From Hydrurus foetidus (taxonomy: Eukaryota), in contig UYFQ01000097.1 in the NCBI GenBank assembly GCA_900617105.1, positions 1 through 37,430 of the forward strand: DNA of 37,430 bases, given 5' to 3'. The notes beneath the pieces are model-generated. The model was given only the letters and a program-made list of their open reading frames with translations, made no database searches and was not told where the DNA came from. The stretch's first letter is position 1. Each line of letters begins with the position of its first letter. Positions 26,556 to 37,430 of the stretch are shown here, piece after piece. The translations under genes and the position numbers were made by a program.

Positions 26556-28904
26556 ATGTTAAGCCCTGATATCCCTGTACCTCAATCATTCTGGGATTTA
26601 GCTATGAAGTATGCATGTGACACAGCTTCATACAATTTCAGTACTGTCATTGGAACTTCCCCATACATGAAATTAACAGGTCAACCAATAAATATCAAAT
26701 ACTTGCAACCCTTTTGGGCATCATGTTATGTGTTTATACCACTAGCAGACAGAGTTAAGTTGGGTAGTCGCAGAGCATATAAAGCTCGCTTTGTCGGTTA
26801 TTCCAACACATTTCTCTTGTTTCCAAATTACTTTGTACTACCATATTCAAATGGTCAGTACGGTAAAGTACGTGAAAGTAAAGATGTCATCTTTGACCCA
26901 TCTATAGACTTTAAGATCTATGTCGATGACGAAGAGCCTTATGACCGTGAGTTTGTTAATACAGATCATTATGTCCCTTTCCTACACCGAAAAGCTGCTC
27001 CTCTTGAAGTACAAGGAGAATTAGCTGAACCACATGTTGAAATAGTCGAAGATACTTTTGAACCTGACTTTCCTGAACGGTCTCAAGTCCTCGCTCTTCC
27101 ATGTGAAAAAGATCAACATACACCAATTCCATCTGAAGATGTCAATAACGAAAATATTAACATTGTCAATATGCCATACACTGATGATCAAAATGAACCA
27201 GTATATTGGTATAGTCTTCAAGTAAAAAATGATGAATATGCAAAAGTAATGTGTGAATCACAGCATTATTCAAAATTAGGTGTACCAGTTGATCCTAGAA
27301 TTCCTAAATCTTTTAAACAAGCTATTCAAATTCCAGCGTGGAAAATAGCCATTGATAAAGAATGTGAGAAATTCGCCAAAAATGATTGCTTTATTGTTGT
27401 TCCTTTTAATGGTCAACAATTAGTATCAATGTTATGGCTTTTTAGTATTAAAACTGATGGTACTTTTAAAGCTAGACTTGTTGGCCGTGGTGATCTAATG
27501 CAACCTTGGGTTCATTTCCATCCAGACCAAGTATATTGTGGAAATGTTTGTGCTTGTTCTATTAAGATTTGCCTTGCTATCGCTGCAAAATATAAACTCA
27601 CAATGCGGGGTGGCGATTTAGAAGGTGCTTATTTAGTAACACGTGCAAATAAAGATTACCCAATATTTATAAGAACTCCTGAAGGATATAAAATACCTTT
27701 CGGAATGTGCATACAATCCATTGGCAATTTATACGGAACTCCAACAGCCGGTCAAAATTTTAGTATAGAATTTGACAAATGTGTAATGGAGTGTGGATAT
27801 CAAAATACACCATGGGATTTGAAATTATTTTACAAATGGATCGATGACAGAATACTATTGTTAATGGCTCATAGTGATGATTTCCGATGGTTTGGTGATT
27901 TAAAAGATATTGCAGAATGGGATTTACTGCTCAAAAGTTTTAATAACCATAAATACAAAGTAACTGACTGCACTGACAAAGAATTTGTAGGCATTCGTAT
28001 TACTTGCGATGAAAACTTTAATTATTTCATTGATCAAACAAGAATGGTAGAAGACATTATCGATGGAATTGGAATGAAAAACGCTAAAGACGAAACATTG
28101 CCATACCCATTAGATAAACTTAGTTTATCAAAATTAGATAATGCAACTCCAGCACAATTATCAGAATGCAGTAAATTTCCTTACCGACGAATCGTGGGTC
28201 AATTAATGTACGGTGTAGTACATACTTTGGTTGCCATAATGTACGCACTCAATGTATTATCCCGCTATGGTAATAACCCAGGACCTCGTCATATTGAATT
28301 TGCTAAACATTTACTCAGATATGTTAAATATTCCAAAAATGATCGATTAATGTTTAAAACTCATAATGGACCACGCGACATTTTAACAATGACTAAAATA
28401 TTACAACTCAGATTTCAATGTGATGCGGACCTTGCTGGTAATCCTGACACACTACACTCGCAAACCTCATACCTTGGGTATTTAGGTGACGCATTAATAT
28501 GTTGGTGTTCAACAGATCAAGGTAGTATATCAACATCTACAGCAGAATCAGAAATAAAAGCAGTTAATCACACACTAAAATGTGAAGTCATTGCAAATCG
28601 TGGTATGTTAAATCAAATGGATTGGACACAATCTCCAACAGTAATTGAAGAAGATAATAAAGCATGTGTAGATGCTTCAGTTGTAACACATATGACAAGA
28701 GGTTTACGTCATCTTGACCTCACAGAAAATTTCCTTAAAGAAAAAGACGCCGATGGTACATGTGTACTAGTCAAGATAACATCTGCCGAAAATAATTCAG
28801 ATATTGGTACAAAACGAGTCACAAAACAAATATTTGATAAGTTGACTAATGAAATAATTAATAAATCTTTACGTGTTGTAAAAGCAAGAAATAACACTAA
28901 GTAG
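26556..28904 (+). CDS. pol: Open pol remnant of element A: integrase C-terminus, reverse transcriptase, RNase H
   Basis: PKSFKQA, FKARLVGRG, GNLYG, AHSDDF, PYRRIVGQLMY, CDADLAG, STAESE, EDNKAC, NNSDIGTK. Confidence 0.93.
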   Translation: MLSPDIPVPQSFWDLAMKYACDTASYNFSTVIGTSPYMKLTGQPINIKYLQPFWASCYVFIPLADRVKLGSRRAYKARFVGYSNTFLLFPNYFVLPYSNGQYGKVRESKDVIFDPSIDFKIYVDDEEPYDREFVNTDHYVPFLHRKAAPLEVQGELAEPHVEIVEDTFEPDFPERSQVLALPCEKDQHTPIPSEDVNNENINIVNMPYTDDQNEPVYWYSLQVKNDEYAKVMCESQHYSKLGVPVDPRIPKSFKQAIQIPAWKIAIDKECEKFAKNDCFIVVPFNGQQLVSMLWLFSIKTDGTFKARLVGRGDLMQPWVHFHPDQVYCGNVCACSIKICLAIAAKYKLTMRGGDLEGAYLVTRANKDYPIFIRTPEGYKIPFGMCIQSIGNLYGTPTAGQNFSIEFDKCVMECGYQNTPWDLKLFYKWIDDRILLLMAHSDDFRWFGDLKDIAEWDLLLKSFNNHKYKVTDCTDKEFVGIRITCDENFNYFIDQTRMVEDIIDGIGMKNAKDETLPYPLDKLSLSKLDNATPAQLSECSKFPYRRIVGQLMYGVVHTLVAIMYALNVLSRYGNNPGPRHIEFAKHLLRYVKYSKNDRLMFKTHNGPRDILTMTKILQLRFQCDADLAGNPDTLHSQTSYLGYLGDALICWCSTDQGSISTSTAESEIKAVNHTLKCEVIANRGMLNQMDWTQSPTVIEEDNKACVDASVVTHMTRGLRHLDLTENFLKEKDADGTCVLVKITSAENNSDIGTKRVTKQIFDKLTNEIINKSLRVVKARNNTK

Positions 28905-29187
28905 TGTTTCGGAAAATTAAAAAAATAAAATAAAAATAAATAAAAATTAAGACATTCAAAATAAAAGTTACAAGCTATTTTAGGTTTATAAATAATGTGA
29001 ACTTCTCGGTTTCAAAGATTTCAAAACCAAGACGATGGAGCTCAAGATACACACTTTCTCAATGATATGGCTTCGCCATTTTGTAGAATAGTTGTAGTAT
29101 TTATGAAGTCTAATGATTACAAATGATTCAAAAGACGAATTGAAAATTCCGGGGTGTGTCCGATAATCGATTGATGATTACGGGGTG

Positions 29188-29492
29188 TGTCAGCTTATAT
29201 CAGCGATAAGTGCTATTTATAGCTGAATATAGCCGTTATAATCATCAATATGTAGCTAGGAATATCTCATACGTAAGTACATATATGCAGTTCGTAACTA
29301 CATACAATGATCACTTTAAGTCGCTTCCTCAATGCTTATCGTATCATGTATAGTGTCATTGTTGTGGGTTCATGACCGCATATTTAGTATAGATTCCAGA
29401 TTTTATGGTGTGAGGGTACGAGAATTTTTCCATGTGTGATGTGTGGTTTGAAGTATATCTCGTCGTTCGTCAACGTAGGCTTATATCTATAA
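29188..29492 (+). mobile_element. 3' LTR of element A (truncated; right end approximate), preceded by PPT-like ACGGGGTG
   Basis: TGTCAG start at 29188 after a G-run box; homology to 7386-7533; no GACTCACA end before RT sequence resumes at ~29493. Confidence 0.7.
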
Positions 29493-29924
29493 GTACCAGT
29501 ACAGCCATCCAAGCTGAGTAGCACCGAAGTCTCCTCGATCATACAGTCATCAATGTTCCTGAAGAGAATGAACTTTCTGGATGGCAGATTTGAGAAGTTC
29601 AAGGCACGGCTAGTTGCAGGCAGGGATCAGCAGGACAAAAACCTATATGACGACTTATCCAGTCCAACAGTATTAACGAGTTCTGTGTTCACCATGCTCT
29701 CAATCACTGCTTACGAGAATCGACATATTGCTGTAGTCGACATCGGGGGAGCGATCCTTAACGCCAACATGATGACAGGAGTCAACATGTCCATGCGTTT
29801 GGACAAAACTATGACCGACATCATCTCTACCCTTGATAAAACCTACAGGTCCTACGCTGACAGCAAAGATCGTGTAGTGGTGCTACTAAAGAAGGCCTTA
29901 TATGGATGTGTTGAGAGCGCCGCT
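29493..29924 (+). pseudogene. Isolated Copia RT N-terminal fragment (element C, related to B)
   Basis: SMFLK...FEKFKARLVAG...SSPTV...VVDIGGAILNA...LKKALYGCVESAA; it breaks off before YVDD. Confidence 0.88.
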
Positions 29925-30125
29925 CCAAGTCGATGAGTCATTTTTGAGATAAAATTTGGGCTAAATTTTTTAGGTGTTCTAACAGTCGAGACGGGTGTCA
30001 GTCAGAATTGAGAAACAAGAGTTGAGCTTAAGACTACTCGATGATGCTCGATACAGACTATAAACTGCGGATGCACATGACCTAAATCTTTTCCTCCAAG
30101 CAACTTTTCATCTGAGCAGAATCTG

Positions 30126-30766
30126 ATGGAGGTCGGCAACAAAAGAAATCGCGACGCTGAAGATGATGATCTGGATGAGCAGGCCGATAATGGATTGAGA
30201 TGACGACTGATTTCAGTCATATGTGGTTTAGTGACAGTTACGTATATTTTCATAGGAACGAAGAGCATCGAACCTGTACATCAGTGCTGTGCGCCCTTGT
30301 TAGAGTTAGACATTAGGGGTATTTGCAACGAAGATGGCGATGTTGAGGCAATATTTCTTCCAGCGATGCATTTTCCACGTGATCTCTGGGCTAGAAATCT
30401 AGCAACTGACATGTACTGTGTCGACTCTACTCGGAAATCCGAGCAACCTTTCTGGGATGCTTGCCGTGGACGCAAGGAAGACTGGTACAAATAATACCGA
30501 ATGTCACAGGCTACCTTCATCATCATCACAAGAGATTGTATCCCCTTTTTATATTCTCGTCCTACGTATTCGTTACTGTCAGCCCATTCTCGTTATTTAC
30601 GGAGCGAAGTCGTCATGGTGACATTGATTCGATATTTAGCAATACAGAGTGATCAGCATACGTTGGGCAAGGAATTTGGAGTACGGCAGGCGTGTGTAAG
30701 CAAACGCCTAGAACGTGATCATACCGCTCTACTGTCTGTTCGGTATGAAGTATTAACAGGACTATA
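30126..30766 (+). pseudogene. PIF/Harbinger-like transposase N-terminal (HTH) fragment
   Basis: One frame from ATG 30126 through stops at 30201 and 30492: EDWYK*YRMSQATF...LIRYLAIQSDQHTLGKEFGVRQACVSKRL, fitting the FRMSxxTF...LxYLA...FGVSxSTVS pattern. The DDE core is absent. Confidence 0.65.
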
Positions 30767-31008
30767 TGTTGATGTATAATGACCAGTTACCATCACCTCA
30801 CTGGTGTAGTGGCCAGTGAAGCACACTGGCCTGCATATACCCTGGGAATCGAATCCCAAGATTTTCCTGTTTTTACTCACGTTTATGTACGCACCGTTTT
30901 TATAATGCGTACGAATCTTTACTTCAAGATACGAAAGTGCAAGTCCACGTTTTTACTTTCGTCAACTGACAAGACGAGAATAGTATGGATGTAGACATGT
31001 AGTCAACA
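30767..31008 (+). mobile_element. Candidate 5' LTR of element B (242 bp)
   Basis: TGTTGA...TCAACA terminal inverted repeat upstream of gag. No second LTR is in the window to confirm it, and no PBS was recognised. Confidence 0.4.
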
Positions 31009-31355
31009 GCTTGTCTGCCATCGCATACTTCTTTATTACGTAACTAAGTTGAGAAGTTTCGACAACTCACAACCTTCCTTCATCCAAGAGGTCTCGTCAA
31101 ATAGGAAAGCGCGCCTATTTGATCTGAGACTCACAGATAAGGACACAGAACACATTTACAAGGATAAAGATTCACTGTTCAATATTTGATCTCACAGCTG
31201 AACGTTTACTGAACGAGTAAACGGTGAGGAATCAAGGGAACACATTTACGGTTTTCACGAAAAACCAATCATAAAGAAGCAACCACCTTAGCGCGATAGC
31301 TTCTGCTAAGTTGAAGAGTCCAGAGAGCATCTGGCCGCAGAGAGCATCTGCTAAA

Positions 31356-34300
31356 ATGTGCGGACGCGGACAAGAAATGAGAGGGCACCGAAGGTGGGCC
31401 GGCCGAAACTGCGGAGGAAGAGGATTCCCCCCACCAGCTCGAGATGGGCTGAAGTCAGAGACAAGGTTCACAGGAGCCAATCCAGAACTTCCATCACTTA
31501 ACTATGGAGCCGCCCAAAAAGAAAATCGACCGATAGAGTCTCTTCAGCTCTTCGGTGAACATTGCGCCATAAACTACATGGCGATCATCGCTCAAGCATT
31601 CTGGACGTCCCCGCCAGAGTTTGGAGAAGACATCCTTGAGCCAGAAATTCCAGATCCCATCCCAAATACCAACGTTGGCAAGGTAATGATCGCCGACTAC
31701 ACCAATGACAGAAAAGAGTGGAAGGCCGAAATGAAAAAGACAGAAGACCACAAGAAAGCAATATTCGCATTAGTTTACTCCCAACTAAGCGAATCATGAA
31801 GGATTTAAGTGCAAGATCACGAAGATTGGGCCGACAACTTCCTAGCAAGGGATCTACTCTATTTAATCACAAGAATCCGGGCTACACACATATCAAGACA
31901 AAGTGGAAATCCTGGCCAAGACATGGAGAGGGTTCGGACCATATGGGCAAATATGAGGATGCAAGCCAATGAAACCAGCTTTGCGTTCAGGAAGCGTGTA
32001 GAAGATTATCAGCTTGAAAGGACATCAGTTGGTCTGCGGAAGATTCCCAACGAGGAGCTTGTAATTGGTATCCTCAACCGATTAGACATGGCACGGTACA
32101 CATCGCTCGTAAGGAACTACTTGGACAACGAACGCCGAGGTATCGCTGAGCTCCCCGAGCACCCCGCAACTCTCTGGAAGGAGATCAAAGATACTCAAGT
32201 AATAAGATTCAGGGGTATCGGTGTATACTTGTCGACGACTGATGAGGCAATGGCAGATGAAACTGACCTTGGACGTACTAGTCAGGGCAGAGGACGCGGG
32301 AGATCGACAAGAGGCCGCGGAAGAGGTCAAGGAAGAGGTCAAGGAAGAGGCTAAGGCAGAGGTCAAGGAAGAGGTCAAGGAAGAGGACAGGGCAGACCTG
32401 CACCCGAAGCACCCACAAAGTACGAAACCATCAAACCAGCAGATATTATTTGCTGGAATTGTTGGAAGAAAGGCCACCGGTCTTCAGCTTGTCCGTTAAA
32501 AGTTGTACAGTTCATGGATGCCACGGAGGATGCAAACATTTTCCTCGCCACAATCGAGAGCTTCCGACCAGAACATGAAGACCACATACCAGATGTGCCT
32601 GAAGATAAAAGCATTGTGTCAGTGTTAGTGTCGAGAGCAAAGACGGACTACAGTTCAGTGCTGATGCTGGACACACAAGCAAGCATACACTTAATTTCAA
32701 ATCCAGACTTACTGATGCGATAACAGTACAGGGCATCACAGGAGATCGGACTAAAGTTGCCTTGATGGGGAGGATCCAAACAATAGGTATCGATGCATAC
32801 CATGACACAACCGTAGCAGCCAATATTTTAAGCTATCAGAGGTTGCTGCAAACGCACAGCGTTCAATACAGAGAGAGCGACGATACATATGTTGCCACTC
32901 CATTCGTGCTCGGAACAGTGCTTGTATTCGGGTGCATTAATGGCCACTACATACTCGACTTGACCACAGTGGTGAACACGTACTTCACAAGTGTCAACGA
33001 GAAGGCTGCGAAGTACAGCAAAAGGCAGCTGATCAACGCCAGGAAGGCATATGAGTTCATTATCCGCATGGGCTTTATCAGTTATAAATCAGCCGCAGAA
33101 GTCGTTCAGCGTGGCAGCATCAATGACTTAGGATTCACTCGGTCCGACCTAGTGAACGCACAAGATATATATGGAACACCAGCGGCATATCAGTTGGGAC
33201 AAGGGACACAAAGAAAGAACGCACCAGCAGAAGACGATCCCATACCTTTACACGAGTCAGTAGAACAAGAGCTTCAAGTGGACCTCTTCTTCTTCCTAGG
33301 ACAAGCCTTCTTCATTAGCATTTCAGTCCTGCTTGGTCTGATAATGGTAACGCATTTGGGTCCCGGAGTCGATCGGAGCAAGGAAGCAAGGGTGTCTCAT
33401 GGCGATGGTGCAAAACCCAAGGCTGGAAGGTCATTACTTATGCACATCAACCAATACGCTGCGAAAGGGTTTTCAATTAAACGTGTGACGAGTGATGGCG
33501 AAGCATCCGTTCGAGCCGTACGTTCCGATCTGGAGGCCCTTGGTGTCGAATTAAATATTCTTGGTCATGGGTCCCATACTCCCCATGCTGAAGCTGCTAT
33601 AAGACATATCAAAATGTACAGTTTACCATATCCGCTACCATCAAAATTGGCAGCTGCGTTGATTGCATTCGTCGGGCACACAGCAAACATGGTTCCAAAA
33701 GTCAATGCTGTTGGACACTTACCAGCACATACCGCATTTATGGGAAGAATCCCCAATTTTGCGAAAGATGCTCCACATGCGTTTGGTACAGCTGGCTTTC
33801 TGCAACGAGTACAAGGGCCACTGAGCAATACTGCAGCTTCTCGTGGAGACTACTGCATCTGGCTTGGGACAACCCATAATCTGGCTGGGACACATCGCTG
33901 CTTAAACCTTGATACACTTAGAGAAATCACGGGTGACACATTCAGACCAGCACTATTGACCAACGCAGCCATCCTGCGACTGTCACAACTGGCAGGTGTA
34001 ACAAGCACACGCCCTATCTCAAGTGAAGTAGAAGCGCCGCTGCAAAGTCCTAATCCTCGCTATGCACTGGATCCGACTCGAGGGGTAGAGCCGGAGCAAG
34101 AGCAGAACGAACAGTTTCCACAGAACGAAATGGTTACTGAAATTGTTACTGCAGACTCCTTAGCAAGCGAATCGGCTCCAGTGGCAGATTGAAGTGGAGA
34201 AATGGCTGTTGCAGTCGAGACCATGGAGAGAGCTGTAACATTTGAAGGACTACAGCAAGACACGATCGACGTTGAAAGCGAAACACTTCTTCAAGAGGAC

Positions 34301-35593
34301 AACCAACTGGAGAGACAAGAAGAGCTACAGGAGATCCCTGACAGAACAGTCACACAAGCTGCAGAGCTGGTCACTATGAGGAATACCATCAACAAAGGAT
34401 ACAATCTCAGAGCATCAACTCTATTCAAGCTGCAAGAAAAGTGTTTGGAAGAGAATTATCAGACAAGGCTACTGATGAAGAGTTGCGAATGTGCATTAAG
34501 AAAGATGTGTGGGAATACCTTGAGCCAAGTTACATTACAAGAGGTGCGATCCCTTCCAGAATGTTCCTGACTCCCAAGAAGTTACCTAATGGTGACATTG
34601 ATAAAATTAAAGGAAGAATTGTGGCAGAAGGCCATAGACAGGATCGATCACTTTACGAAGATAATGAAATTTCTTCACCAACAGTGGCCCTCACCTCAGT
34701 CATTGCTATGGCTGCACTCGCAGCAAGAGAAGGACATCACGTCATGACCCTTGATCATTAAGCTGCGTATTTGAATGCGAGCATGGAAGACCCCCCAGTA
34801 GAAATGATGTTGTCACCCGAAGTCAGTGAAATCCTGTGCACCATCGACTCCAAGTACAGGAGATACATCAGAAAGGACGGAAAGATCGCTGTACGGCTGA
34901 AGAAGGCTCTGTACGGATGTGTACAGAGTGCTGTGCTCTGGTACTGAGAACTTTCATCAACTCTCGAGCAGTTGGGGTTCCAGAAGAATCCCTACGACAT
35001 ATGTTCGTTTACAAGAATGAGCAATGGTGCAATGGATAAAATACTTGTGTATGTTGATGACTTGTTCATCACCTCAAGGAATACAGACGCTCTGCAGGAG
35101 ATCGCTGATGCGCTAGGAGCAAAGTATCCGACTGTTACTGTAAAGACAGGACTGCAGCATGATTTCCTTGGGATACACTGGGACTTTAGCACCAAAGGTC
35201 AGGCGGCGTTGTCTATGGAAGGATATGTGAAAGATGTAATCAGTAAATTTCAAGTCAAGAAGAAGAAGAGCACACCAGCAACTGATAGTCTATTCTTGAA
35301 CGATTCAAACAGCCCTTTGCTGGGGGAAATCAGAAGAGAGTCGTTCCATTCATGTGTGATGACACTACACTACCTTGCTAAGAGAACAAGGCCCGATATA
35401 CTAACAGCACTATCCTTCTGCGCAACTCGAGAAGACTCGTTCCCAACTGAGGAAGACTCCAAGAAGCTGGACAGGATATTAGGCTTCCTACTCGGTACTC
35501 AACATCAGCAACTTATACTCAAGATTGGAAGCAAGCTACAGCTGAGAACCTATGTTGATTCATCATTTGGAGTATACGAAGATGGGAAGTCAG
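31356..35593 (+). pseudogene. gag-pol of Copia element B (CoDi-like), decayed and truncated in RNase H
   Basis: RG/GRGQ repeats, CCHC knuckle CWNCWKKGHRSSAC (32451-32492), protease LDTQAS, integrase QVDLFF/TSDGE/AEAAIR, RT KGRIVAEG/LYGCVQSA/YVDD (35050-35061), TRPDI and RH start YVDSSFG; several stops and frameshifts. Confidence 0.9.
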
Positions 35594-36102
35594 TGTGAGT
35601 CAGACTGTGGAGTGAAGCGAGCTACCTGTTGGCTGCGGAAGCGCAAAGGAAAGACTGGCTGATGGAAGTGGTCTCGGAAGACGTGTTTACTTACAACGAT
35701 CAAGTAGTAAAACAACTGGCGATGATATCAGAGAAGACAACCATCAAAGAAGCAGAACAAAGCATCCATTGTGCATGAAAGGGTGATCGCCGAAGTGGAA
35801 ACATATTCAGCGAATATTCAAGTTGGCGATTGAGCAATGTCGGAACCCTCGCTGCCATGAAATTGTGATCGATTATTGGAAACCGGATACCTGGTGGAAA
35901 TTTTGGATGCTTGGTGGTGAAAAACCGGATGCTTGGTGATGGCCCCGAAGGGGGATATCGCTAGAAGAACGATGAGCGTATGTACACAACAGTGTATGGC
36001 GGTGTTTTGGGTGAGGAAGCGCTACACTACTTGTGACATGTGAATGCTAATCTACAGATGAAACTATGCTAACAGATCATGCATGAATATGCTGGACTGA
36101 CA
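35594..36102 (-). mobile_element. Complete 3' LTR of element D (509 bp)
   Basis: The minus strand starts TGTCAGTC after ACGGGGAG and ends GACTCACA (7/8 terminal inverted repeat), exactly where the RNase H homology of B stops. Confidence 0.8.
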
Positions 36103-36309
36103 CTCCCCGTAGTGAAGATGTAGCTGAACGTGTTATTGAGAGTATCGAAATGAATGATATGTGTATATATACTCCCCGTACTGAGGATGTACTCCCCGTA
36201 CGAGAGATTTGGCAAAAAGTGTAAAAAGTTAGTTATAATATATGCGTGCACTCATATAAGATAGTAAAATTATTACGTATGTTAGAAATATGGATATTAA
36301 GTATTTATG

Positions 36310-37430
36310 TTATTTAATATTATTTCGTAAAGACTTGTCAACGAGCCTGTGCGTTAGGTATTCGAAAAGTGGTAGTGGAACTCTTTTCGTACCTATGTCT
36401 GAGTTGTTTTCGCCCGAAGGGATTTTAACAATGACACAGGTACCATCGGCGACTTTGTCCTTAAAGTAGTTTTCGCTCAGGTCAATGTGACGAAGGTTCT
36501 TGGTCATGTGTGTATGATTTGAAGCATCAACACAAGCAGAATTGTCTTCTTCAATGACTGTAGGAGCTTGTGTCCATCCCATGTGGTTTAGTATGCCCCG
36601 GAGGGGAATGACATCGGATTTTAGTGCGTGATTAACTGCCTTGATTTCGGATTCTGCAGTTGATGATGAGATGCTGCCTTGGTCGGTACTCTTCCAGCAG
36701 ATGACATTGTCGGCAAGGTAGCCAATGTAGGAGGTCTGGGAGTGACGGTTGTCTTTGTTACCGGCGAGGTCGGCGTCGCATTGGAACTTCAACTGCAGTA
36801 GACTGGTCATCGTAGCGATGTCGGTGGGACCGTCGTGTGTGGTGAATTTCAGTCTATCCATCTTGGCGTATTTGACATATCGAAGTAGGTGTTTAAGGAA
36901 CTTGATGTGTCTTGCACCTGGACTGTTACTATATCTGGATAGTATGTTGAGAGCGTACATGATTGTAATCAATGTGTGTACCATTCCGTACATAAGTTGA
37001 CCAACTACCCGTCGGTAGGGATACTTATTATACATGTGCCTATCGAGATCGGTAGAGTTGTCCGCCTTGGACAGACTCTCACCAGAAGGTGGATATGGTA
37101 GATGCTCATCGGCGGCGCCAGCAGGTTGGCCTCCGATACGATGGATGTGATCATGCGTGACTGATCCATGTAGTAGTTGAAGTGTTCATCGCATGTAATG
37201 CGGATACCGACGAACTCTTTGGAGGTCGCGTCGGTGACTTCATACTTGTGGGAGTTGAATGTAGCGATGAGGAGATCCCATTCGCTAATGAGTGCAATTG
37301 GTCCGAACCATTTGAAGTCGTCTGAGTGTGCTATCAGTATCAGTGGTTGACCTTGGACCCACTTAAAGAAGAACTTTAAGTCCCACGGTGTTTTCGTATC
37401 CACATTCGCGTACACATTTGTCGAATTCAG
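36310..37430 (-). pseudogene. RT C-terminus and RNase H of Copia element D (relative of A), frameshifted, continuing beyond the window
   Basis: TPWDLKFF...AHSDDFKWFG, PYRRVVGQLMY, CDADLAG, STAESE, NNSDIGTK; collinear with ORF 26556-28904. Confidence 0.92.

Larger units (their letters stand above)
8090..29492 (+). mobile_element. Ty1/Copia LTR retrotransposon A (defective, 5'-truncated, carrying an internal tandem array)
   Basis: Domain order gag-like, PR, IN, RT, RH, PPT, LTR, with multiple stops and frameshifts. Both boundaries are approximate. Confidence 0.9.

Noticed and set aside
31128..31135. GACTCACA as the resumed end of A's 3' LTR
   Set aside because: Upstream sequence does not resemble the other LTRs; the motif overlaps B's leader hairpin and a similar sequence recurs near 31190.

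Overview
This is a eukaryotic, transposon-dense window with no intact host gene. A CoDi-like Copia element hints at a stramenopile/algal host, but that is inference. From left to right: (1) a GTGCGAC repeat cluster upstream of an MCM9-like N-terminal coding fragment; (2) a ~6.2 kb hAT-type DNA transposon that cuts that gene off and carries a spliced ~1120-codon transposase gene with one premature stop, a ~550 bp (CTTT)n tract and Helitron-like hairpins; (3) LTR remnants, then a degenerate Ty1/Copia element (A) whose gag region holds a 14.7 kb head-to-tail array of 20 nearly identical 736-bp units; (4) fragments of another Copia RT and a PIF/Harbinger-like transposase; (5) a decayed CoDi-like Copia (B), interrupted in RNase H by a minus-strand relative of A (element D). 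The most unusual signals are the gag-derived satellite and the A/D Copia lineage. A and D share an HSDD RT motif, TGTCAG LTR starts and multiplied PPT-like boxes; A also has a CCCH rather than CCHC zinc finger and ~750 extra codons before the protease. All protein assignments are by-eye motif recognition, not database results.
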